This document shows positions 12,296 to 22,400 of a DNA stretch of 64,000 nucleotides, piece after piece. Made by a program: the position numbers and the translations under genes. How positions within the stretch are numbered: the first letter of the stretch is position 1; each line of letters starts with the position of its first letter. Below the pieces are notes generated by a model, which saw only the letters and a list, made by a program, of their open reading frames with translations, had not been told where the DNA came from and did no database searches. The DNA comes from Oikopleura dioica (Eukaryota > Animalia > Chordata): the NCBI GenBank assembly GCA_907165135.1, contig OU015567.1, positions 2,852,001-2,916,000 on the forward strand. Reading direction: 5' to 3'.

Positions 12296-14199
12296 AGCAT
12301 CTGCAGAGCTCCAAGTTCACTTTCACTGGCGTCAACTCCGAGACTAAGGCCCGAGGCGAGTCCCGCGCTATCATCAATTTCAGCGATTCAAAATTCGCTG
12401 GAACCCGCATTCTAGTGACAGACGGCCACAACGCGCCGCCACTCATCAGCAGTACTGTCACCGATCACGCCGCAAATGTCCCATTTGGTGGAACTGGTAC
12501 CAAAGGCATTTTTCAACGACGAGATAGTCCTGGAGCAGAAATCTACACTCAGGCTCTCAAAATCAAGTCGTACGCTCGTGATCCATGGAATGCGCTCCTG
12601 ATCGACTCTGGCAACCCCAGTAGCGCAGATTTTCATAGTTACGCTGACGCTCGTCGATCTCAACCCTCTCAAGCTGCCAAAATTCAGCTTAACCCTCCTG
12701 CTCCAGGCCCCAACACCTCTACTTCGGACCTTCTGAGCTACTTGCAAAGCCAGAAAGAGCTCGTTCTTCCATCTTATTACCACAATAGAAGCGAACTTCA
12801 TGAACTCGCCCTTCTTTGTGTCCAGTATGAAGACGTCTCTGGAAGTTCTACTGACGAGCTTGGCCTGTTCTACAGACCCGTCCGAACCCCGACAAATGGC
12901 GAATTCCCCAACTGTGCCGGCAAGCGCTTGTGCTGCACTAAACTCGACACATCTACGACATGTTCCGTCGCTCGAGTTTCCACTGGGGAGCGAGCAAATG
13001 TTGCTGCTCGCACGATTGTCGAAGTGGTGGTTTTCTTCGCATTGCCTGATACTCTACACGACCCTGATGTACGCTACGATTCGCCCGAAACTTATGGCAA
13101 GCGGATTCAAATGCTCTCGAAGCTAGCGAAAATCGCCAATCGCTCCGCTGATCTAGCTCTGGAACGCCAACATAGGCGTCTACATCGTGATCGCCTTCTC
13201 AAATACGGCGATATGGTCCATCTCTATCAACCCGTCACTAAGGTAGCCAAAGATTCCAACTGTCACTGGATAGGCCCTTATGAAATCGCCTCAAAAACTG
13301 TCGTCAAAATCGTCGACGGAGCCGACTTTCGTGACTGGGCTCACCGATCTCATCTGCGTTTGGTCCCACCGCGCAATGATCATCTCAAATCTCCCTCCGA
13401 CCTGGCTCTAGTACAAGAGCTCATTTGTGGCGATGATCCCGATTCGCCTCAAAATCTACTAGTCGGCGCTTCTGGTTCGTATCCTGAACCTCTAACAAAA
13501 ATACCAAAGGTTGGGAGGCCGGATGCTGAAAAGCAATTGTCAACCTCTGGCATGTCTACTAGAAAAAAGAGGAAGAGGACGAGTCCCGACTCGTTGCCTG
13601 ATCCGAAGCGTCAAAATGCAGCTTCACTTCCTCTCTCGACTGCTGGAAATTCAACCGCTCCCGCCCCTTCAACGTCAACTTCAACTACGCCTCGCTCGAC
13701 TGACTTGGTGGAAAATGATGTTCAAGATTTACCTGATTGGACGACTTCTGCTCCTCGTGGATGTGCGGCAGACTCTCTACATGGACATCATTTGTATTCA
13801 CCTTCTTCGTCAGCTGATCTTTCTTCCTTCATCGGAAATCCGAGCGTCTTTGGCGGAAGAATCAGGAAAAAAACTTCCTTGATTCGAGTTGACCACACTC
13901 GCAAGAGTACTCGTAGAACAAGGGAAGTTTTCTCCAAAAGAAAACTCGTCTGGTGTGAGTCTGCTTCTTCTCGCGCTCTGATTGGCTCCCGCTGTCCGGA
14001 AATGGTTCGATCTCCGTCCGACATTTCTCGACTTTTCGTCTCTACGCTGGTGCAATTCCGACGCCGCGCTGAGCTGATTGGACGCCTTTCCCTTCACCTT
14101 TCCCTTCTACTCTTCTACGATGACTCATCTCACCGACTTCAACTCTTCAACCGAAGATTCTCGATCGTCTCTAGAATCTGGGGAGCTGTGAGGTCTTAG
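12220..14199 (+). CDS. Pol remnant: aspartic protease, start of RT, and integrase C-terminal GPY/F module; RT/RNaseH/IN cores absent
   Basis: MFDTGADDVILP (retropepsin DTG), ELHELALLCVQYEDV...DELGLF (pre-RT segment) and HWIGPYEI...WAHRSHLR (GPY/F). No YxDD or D,D35E core is visible. Confidence 0.75.
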   Translation: MFDTGADDVILPKWLPKWHIPDELLKHLQSSKFTFTGVNSETKARGESRAIINFSDSKFAGTRILVTDGHNAPPLISSTVTDHAANVPFGGTGTKGIFQRRDSPGAEIYTQALKIKSYARDPWNALLIDSGNPSSADFHSYADARRSQPSQAAKIQLNPPAPGPNTSTSDLLSYLQSQKELVLPSYYHNRSELHELALLCVQYEDVSGSSTDELGLFYRPVRTPTNGEFPNCAGKRLCCTKLDTSTTCSVARVSTGERANVAARTIVEVVVFFALPDTLHDPDVRYDSPETYGKRIQMLSKLAKIANRSADLALERQHRRLHRDRLLKYGDMVHLYQPVTKVAKDSNCHWIGPYEIASKTVVKIVDGADFRDWAHRSHLRLVPPRNDHLKSPSDLALVQELICGDDPDSPQNLLVGASGSYPEPLTKIPKVGRPDAEKQLSTSGMSTRKKRKRTSPDSLPDPKRQNAASLPLSTAGNSTAPAPSTSTSTTPRSTDLVENDVQDLPDWTTSAPRGCAADSLHGHHLYSPSSSADLSSFIGNPSVFGGRIRKKTSLIRVDHTRKSTRRTREVFSKRKLVWCESASSRALIGSRCPEMVRSPSDISRLFVSTLVQFRRRAELIGRLSLHLSLLLFYDDSSHRLQLFNRRFSIVSRIWGAVRS

Positions 14200-14422
14200 T
14201 GCTGAAAGTCGGTTAGAGATCTGATTAGGATCTCGCGCCGCGCTCTTCCCTGCCACTTTTACGAACACTGCATCAGTCCACGCACAGTAAAAGTGCGGAA
14301 TACACGCTTTTATCGGAAACTCCCGTTTCGTGTTTTATTGAAGATATAGCAGAGGCTACGACTAGCTGATAAAGAGAACCGTCTAGTATAGAGAGCATAC
14401 AGCAAGTACTTAGACGCTTACA
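14187..14422 (+). repeat. 3' LTR (236 bp)
   Basis: Direct repeat of 10973-11206, followed by the TSD AGTAT. Confidence 0.93.
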
Positions 14423-16213
14423 AGTATCGCAAATTTGCATAGTGAAGTCATTATGAGAAAAAATGAGGAGAGCTTATTTGCAGAATGGCGTTTTGTTTGT
14501 CCAAATATGAAAAAGGGAAAAATGCATTACTAATGAAATTATTCTCATTAAATCTAATACAGTTTATTACATCAAAATTTAATGATGAGTTTGAGCGATT
14601 TTTTAGAAACAACCTAAACGTTATGAACAAAAATGCTCTAAACGAAAAAATAAGGTCGACACGATTCCCCGTGAAATCAGATTTCGAAAAGACAAGATGA
14701 TCTTGGAACGCGTTGCGGCTTTATTTGACTAAACTTGTCACTTATGAAACATTTTGTTTTACGCCTGGTCCGGAAGTTTTTCTTTAGAAGCCCAAGCAAA
14801 AAAGTTCAAGCATATTTAATTTCAAGGGAAATTTTCGAGAATATCTTGAAGCTTGATTTAATCGGAACCGCGAATTTACGCGAAATTAATCTTAATTTTC
14901 GTTTGATAAAATACCCTAGCTCCTAATTTAATAGAATCGTTTTTCATACTTGCGTCTCAATTTTATTCCCGGCTCGTGAGTTCTTTGAAAAATTATAAAG
15001 AAAAATTTCTCTCCCATGTTTCTTGTTCAAACTTGAACTTTCGTTCTTGATCTGTTTATGTTTTCGGTTTTTTAAACTGCACCCGGCATCGCCAAAATCA
15101 TCAATGCTAATATTTTTTTTGCAGCTGCAAATTATAAAAAAACTCCATTTCAACATGAACTCGTAAAAAGCTGATTCTGACTCAGCTGAAAATCTGTTTA
15201 CGTAGTTTTAATTCTCGTCAATTTTTGAGCATCATTTTCCCTTTGTTAGATTCTTGCCGGAAGGAAAAGGACGCCAAGGAGCAAGCTTTTGCCAACGTCA
15301 ATCAAATGACGCTTTACTTTCAAGATTTTTTATTATTACCAATTTATCTTCTTTCTTTTCATGTGATAAAAAAATCCTTATGGGAGTGAGAGTCATCAAT
15401 GAATCTCGGCTTTAGAAAAGCGCTCATAAGAACAACCCTTTTTTTGACCGAAAAATTGTCGATAAATCCTCAAATAAGGGTCACTTAGTTTCACCGGAGT
15501 TTTCCAGTTTCAGGAGCGGAAGCACTTCCGACATTCTAGCTCCACTTCTTTCACTTGATATTTTCTCCTGCTATTAAACTTGTCAAATTCGCCCGTTTCT
15601 TCACAGAACTAGAAAAAGCTCGCCCCGAAACAAATCTTCTGATGAAAAATTTAAAATTTTCTTGACGCGGGCTTTTTCAAGAAAAAAGGATCAGAAGAAA
15701 TCTGTGAAGCATGTTTTGCTAAGTAAGTTAGTCCAACATGATCGCGGAATTGAACCAGGACAAATTTTCCGGTTACTGGACAGGTGCTTAGCGATAAGGC
15801 CGCTGATTTTAATGGCATATCAAGACTAAATAAAGAGTCCTGAATTTACCCGAGGAGAAAAATCTGAGAAGAAGCTCTCCTATTTTTGGGAAGTTCATAG
15901 TAAATCTCCGAGATCTTTAACAAAACGAACTTTTTACTCGAAAATCTAGCCGGTCAACCCTCAAAACCGTTATGATAAGTTCATTCTCTCATAAAATTTA
16001 CTTTAAGACTTATCTTCCTATAGGTTTACTATCTGGCTTCATTATCATTGCGTCATCTACCCAGGCGTTGCTGACTTACGTCCGTCAATTTGCGCAGAGC
16101 GCGCACAGTGGCGCTATAATTTTCCTCCGAGCGCGTCAGAGCGAGCTACTTATCAGCGCCAGAATCAAATTTTCACTTACTTTTTAAATTTTTGAAATAA
16201 AAAAATCTTCAAA

Positions 16214-19200
16214 ATGAAACTTCTTTCAAGCATTTTATTATTGAACACAATCGAAGCGGGGTGGAAGCAAAAATGGGAAGAGAGATTCGGAAACGCTGTT
16301 GAAGACAAAAGAGCTACTGAGAGAAATGCAGCTTGTGATGCGAAAGCGTTGTCAGAAACGGCGAAGTTTGAAATTCAAGGTTTGATTTTGCAGCAGGATA
16401 ATCTTTATGTTTTTAATAGTCGTTTTTTATGATTTTCTGAGCCGGGTCGAGTGATTTCGATATTTTATTGCTTGTTTTTCTAAGCCTAACTCTATCACGA
16501 TACTATTGATATTTTTCCTCAAAAACGAGACCATAAAATAATTTTCTCAGCAAAAGTATACTACAGTTTTTTATGGAATTTCTGGACATCAAATTTCTGG
16601 ACATTTTTCGAATTTTAAGGGGTTTAATTGGGACACTTTTAAAAAGCAAAAGAATCAAATTTCTGGACATTTTTTCTCAAAAAAGATTTTCGACTCCGAA
16701 ATTTATAGTCAAATTTGAGTTATGAAAGGTTATTCTATTTACGAAGAAGACTTTTTCTTGTAGAATCTTAGTATTCTTAGCAAAATTCGCTGCTTCATCG
16801 CATTTTATTATTGTTTTTAATCAATTTTTTGAAAAAAAAACGTTTATTTTTCCTCCGTGAAAAATTTTAAGCAATTGTGGTGGGACATTTTTTTCAAGGT
16901 TATGTATCAAATTTCTGGACATTTTTGTGAAAAGTGTGCGACAAAAAATGTCCAGAAATTCCATAATTAACTGTATTTTTTATACTGTCTACTTATTGAA
17001 GATCCTCTCTTATAATCTACGAACCTTGAATTACCTTCATCCACGTTTTTATCATCTAGAAAAATCGTCCATTAATTCTCAAAAGCAAATCAAAATTTTG
17101 ATATTTAACATCATTCAGGCGGAAGTTGGGATTGTCCTGCACTCGGTCAAGACGTCGCCAACATCCTTTGCGAGCCAAAATGCGACGACCCGACAGATCG
17201 AGGCAACTGGCCCCGCCGAAGTTTCATCAAAGTCCAATGTCGTACCAACCCAACAGTGAAGATCCGAAATGTTTCGAACAACATGCAGTGCAATCCAGAT
17301 CTATGTCTCGAATCAACAGCAGCAGTGGACATTCCAAAGGGGCAAATTTCTTTCTCAAAAAGAAACAAAAGCAAAACTCTTTTCTCGGTCACCTGCGACG
17401 GAAAAACCGGAACTCAAGCAGCAGTCATCTGTTTCAATTCCTCTGGAGCACTGACGAGCAAAACTCACGACTGGCAAAATGTCTGCGACCCAGTCTGTAA
17501 AAAAGAAGACGCAGAAGTTTTTTCCCGATCGGCCCGGGTGAATGGAATTGCAACAGTAAAATGAGATGCACTCCAAAGTGTGATTCTGACGATTCTGATC
17601 CTGTGAGATTCAAAATTTCCTGCTCGAATAATGATGGCGAACCAAACTGGCAAGTTTTCAGGGGACATAAATTCAAAGATGATGTTTGCACTAATCCATC
17701 GACTTCGACTACAACAACCACAACAACTACAACGACAAAAACAACCACGACGACAACGACATCGACAACAACAACAACATCAACGACGTCTTCAGTAACA
17801 CAAACAACCACAGAGCCCCCAAGTAAGATATTGTCTTGTGTAAATAAATTGATGAATTGTTATTTTAGCTACCGAATTCGCTCCACTGACCGACAGCATA
17901 AAATCCGGCTTAGAAACCTGCGTTTCTGCTTCGAATTTCCCAACTGGCGGGCGCAAGAAGCGTGAACGACTTTCAAAAATTGTCGGCGGCGTCAATGCGG
18001 AAGAGGGCTCCTGGCCCTGGATTACACGGTACAATGATAATGACATCAGCCAGAAAATCTAAAATTCGATTTTAGCTTGTTCCTGACAGAGTCGATCGGT
18101 GGCGGATCGGGATTCTTGTGCAGTGGAAGCATAATTCACAATCATTGGGTTTTGTCGGCGGCGCATTGTTGTGATGGAATCGCGGAAGTTGTGGCGACTT
18201 TTGGGGATATTTCTAGGTCAACTTTCGAATCAGGAATGGCGACGATTTTTCATGCAAACACCACAAATAATGTAAAAATTGAAACAATATATATTTTTAG
18301 GTTTATTTTTCAACGAACATAAAATCTTATCCCCTAAACCAGCCTCAGAGTATGTATAAATATCTAAAATTTAGATTTTAAATCCCTGCGAATCTAAATT
18401 TTCAGCCAGATAAAGGTCAATTCTCTCTTACCTCAACAACTTTCTTCAATCACCCCGAATGGGGCCAGGGCGCTGACGGCGACTTTGGCAACTCTGACTG
18501 GTGCCTCATCAAATTCAACGAAGACATTCTGGGTACTTTTCCCACCTTTTCTTCACCTCATCATTTTTTAGCCGCTGCACCTGAGCCGGAAAAAGTCAAA
18601 ATCGCATGTCTACCTAGTGAGCCGATCGAGCACGGAAGTGGCTGCTGGGTCGCTGGATGGGGAACTACAAGCTCTGGTGGAAGTACCAGCACGACTCTTC
18701 TTTCTGCAGGCGTGAATATTTTGGGCAAAGACTACTGTGAAAACTTTTCGAATAATGGAATTCTGATGCCTGATGACGTTTGCGCCGGACTGCCTGATAA
18801 GTAAGTAGGACTCCCTAGGATGAAAAAAGACAAAAGTCATCAAACCGTCAGAATAATAATTTATTTGAAGTTTTTCCGTCAGCTTTTCCATTTGTAAGCT
18901 GACAATGTGTTGAGCTTATTTTGACGTTAATTATGATTAGTCGAATTTCGAGGAATGATCTTGAATAAGAGTTCGACAGGAATGGTTCTAGAGATAGCTA
19001 TTAAATTAAATTGGTCTCTTATATTTGTAAAATAAATCTTGAAGCTCTTGGTGCTAAAAATGAACAAAATGCCTCTTTTGACTGATCTATTGCAACCTAT
19101 CATTTGTTATTTAGCGATAATAATGGCCTAACGGATCCCGGAAAAGACGCTTGCCAGGGCGATTCAGGCGGACCCCTCATCTGCCCTGTTGATGGAAAAG

Positions 19201-19319
19201 CAGTTCTCGCCGCGGTCGTCTCTCGAGGAGTCGGTTGCGCTTCAGAAGGCTTCCCTGGACTTTACTCTGCAACTTTCAACGCGAAAGATTGGATGAGAGA
19301 TATTATCTTGAATAATTAG
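16214..19319 (+). CDS. Secreted trypsin-like (S1A) serine protease with two Cys-rich N-terminal repeats and a Thr-rich mucin-like linker
   Basis: Signal peptide [15 protein letters not shown]; RLSK|IVGG activation site; triad motifs [15 protein letters not shown] and GDSGGP; poly-Thr at 17700-17815. One frameshift lies at about 17520. Confidence 0.88.
16564..16973. mobile_element. Tc1/mariner-type MITE in intron 1 of the protease gene
   Basis: TIR CAGTT..TTATGGAATTTCTGGACAT with TA flanks, and internal repeats of AAATTTCTGGACATTTTT. Confidence 0.8.
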
Positions 19320-19459
19320 AATTTTTTAAACTTAATTATTGATGCTTCCATTTCTGTATTTTATAAACGCTGCTTTTTAAGATAATAAACTCTTTGTGTA
19401 TTTTGAAATCAAATCTTGTTTATTTAAAATTTGACTGGGGCAGATTTTTTGGCAAGAAA

Positions 19460-22400
19460 TTATCGTCTTCTGGATGGAAGGACAAAGTTGAACTCATTCT
19501 GAGGGCAGGATGTTGCTGGAGCGCAAGTGTTTTGATCACCAGTGAGACAGATCTAGAGTTTTCGAGTTAGAAAATTGACTGATTCAAAAACTTTTACCTT
19601 CAAAGCACAAGAAATGGTGTTGGTCTTTCCAAGATCTCGGTCATTTGTGAAAGTTGTGTAACTAAATAAGCATTAAATCCAGAAGAAATTATTGAAAAAT
19701 CACCTGAATTTGTATGAGCCATTGTTGGAGTAAACTCCCGGTTGGTGATTGGTGACGCCGAAGATGTCTGCCAGACAGTTATCGCTGATCAAAGAAACTG
19801 TTTGTCCGTCGATATCGATTTCGCAGCTTTGCGCGTAGAACTGGACACCTTCTGTGACAGCCCAGTTGACATCGACGAAGAGTTCCTGTCCAACATAGAC
19901 GACATCGCCAACAGCCTGGGAGAACTCGTCATCATTGTAAAGATCAATGCTGAAGGCTTCAGTGAAGTCGCCCTTGTCAGAGAAGGAGGCATCAGCTGGG
20001 TAGCCTGGTTTGACATTGAAGACTTCGCTGGAAGCGGAGATCTCGGAATCGTAAGAGCATCGGAATCGAGCGGAGATCTGGGACTCGTAGTCGGCGGTGA
20101 AGAAGTCGATTCCGTGGATCTTGATGTCTTGGCGTGAATCAGCGCGGCTGATAGCGACGATGAAATCAATGTCGCCAGTTTCACTGAAATATTTTATGAA
20201 TTTGTCGCAAAGCACCATAAATTATGCGGAAATTATTAAATTTGGACTTTTTATGACAAATAAATACTGAATAGCTACCAAAATATGATTCACCAAGCAA
20301 AAAAGTCCATCGTTTATACCGACTACTTACGCATTACTTTCGGCAACCATGCATTTTCCGATGTTTTCACTCCACGAGAAAGCGGAATTAGCATCATCCC
20401 AAACTGGGGCGCAATCGGCGGCAAAGATTCCTTCTCGTTGATCATCGGCAAGAACGTCAAGAAGATCAGGTCGGAACCAGAAGTTCATCGTATCCGCTCC
20501 ACAAGTTAGTCCCCAGCAGTCTGCATCAGGCCTAAAAACAATAACAACCTGCTCGCAGGATTTTAATCTTACTTGATTTCGCATTCACCAGTTGATTCGT
20601 TCAAGGTCCAGCAATTACCAGTTGGGCATCTGTTTGAAATCAAATGTTCCATGGTGAATCGGAAGAAAACCTGGATCTGGAGTCTAGTGAAGATGATTTT
20701 TCCAAGATGTCGCTGGGAAATTTCTTCGATGGCAGACGTGAGTCCTCGTGGATCGTGCTCATTCTCCAGAAGCCAGTCGAGGTTCGTGTAGAGAATCTCG
20801 GCGGCAAAACCGGATGGATGCCACTGGAAGCAGCCGATTCCATTGCAACTGTCTTCCTGACCGCTGTTGCCGATGATCACAAGTTTCATAATGTAACCTC
20901 GGACGGCAGAGTTCTGGATGAGATCGGGAGATGATAGATCAGCGGCGTCTGCGGGGATCACCACTCGGAGATAGTTGACAACATCCTTGACCACGGTTTC
21001 ATCGGTGAATTTGAAGTCGTTGTTGGCAACTCGTTCGAAACACTCTTGAAGAGTCTGAAACGAAGTGACTCCAGCTCGGTCGAGGACAGTGTAAACGATG
21101 CCCTTGATCAGGATAGTGGTTGCGGATTCCGAGTAGTTATTCAAGAGCCATGGAATCGCTGATTGGTAAGCTCCAGCGTCGAGATATCCGTGTGAGATCG
21201 AGGAGTCATAGATACCATTGAGGATTGTTTCGAAATCGATTTCCCAGTCACCGACGTGAGTTGCTCGAATTTCGGAAACAACAACGGTGGCAGCGATGAA
21301 TTTCAAGAAGAGAGGTGTTTCGAACGCGAATCGTCCGAGAACATCATGCTCAAATCCAGATGGATAGTCCTCTGTGATCGCCTTAAAGATGCCCTCAGCA
21401 ATCAAAAGATATGCTTCACCATCAGAAGTGATGTAGTGAGGGCCATTTTCGTAGGTTCGGTGGAGAACAGTGTCTTGAACGTCCTGTGGAAGAGGAGCAA
21501 GAGCGCCCTTGGTCCAGAGATGCTCAAAAGCTTCGTGGAAGCGGAGATCGACATTTTTGTAGCAGACAAAATTATTATAAGCGCCTGGGTACGGAACAAC
21601 ATCGCCATCGATTGGTTCATTAGCAATGATGACAAGGGTCTCATCAATGGGCGCCCAAACAAGACCTCGGCCTTCGCTTGAGACTCGGTAGAAGAGATAG
21701 CATTCTTCACAAGGCTCGTCTCCCCATGGACCCCATGGTAGGGACTTGTCGCAGAATCGCTGGCCAGTGATACCCACCACACCGTCTTCGTAACCAAAGG
21801 GAAGGATAACTGAGATTGTCTCATCGTTGGAGTAGTTCAAGTCGTAGAACTCATTGAACCATCGAGCTGATGAGACGGGATCGAAGGTACCGATGAAGAG
21901 AGACGCGCCAAATGGAGCAAGACCAGCATGAAGATCGGCAAAGAAATCCCACCCTGTTGATGGAGGAAGTCGGTTGGCAAAGTTCGGGCCTACGTTGAAA
22001 ACGAGAACTCCTGGAGGAGCTGTGGTGAGCTCAGTAACAAAGTCAAGATCAGGTGTTTCGATTCCGGCATCAATGAAGAGCAGGTCGACAGAAGCAACGA
22101 GGCCTTCAGTGCTTATCTCACCAGAGAAATCGAACTCTGATTTGGCAGCTTCGAAGACGGTATCAAGGCTAAGTTTGTTGTGCTCAGTAGCGAGGCCTGC
22201 GCCGGCGAGGACATTGTGGGCAAGATTATGAAGATCGGATTCAGTGAATTGGACGTAAGATCGGAAATCGAGTTGCTCCGCGGATTCGTTGAAGATTTCA
22301 ATGATTTGATCATCAGAAGCAGTGTGAGAAACACCGAAATCAGAAAAAATAGTGTCGATGAAGGCAATCAAGTCGTTAGCAGTGCCTTCTTTGAATATAT

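Larger units (their letters stand above)
10973..14422 (+). mobile_element. Ty3/gypsy LTR retrotransposon (Tor-like), internally deleted, non-autonomous
   Basis: Two TG...CA LTRs (10973-11206 and 14187-14422) and a 5-bp TSD AGTAT (10968-10972 and 14423-14427). A PBS-like TGGTGAC follows the 5' LTR and a short purine tract (GGGGAG) precedes the 3' LTR. Internal ORF has a DTG protease and a GPY integrase tail. Confidence 0.93.

Noticed and set aside
14428-16200. Short ORFs between the retrotransposon and the protease gene
   Set aside because: AT-rich with no motifs or coherent exon chain.
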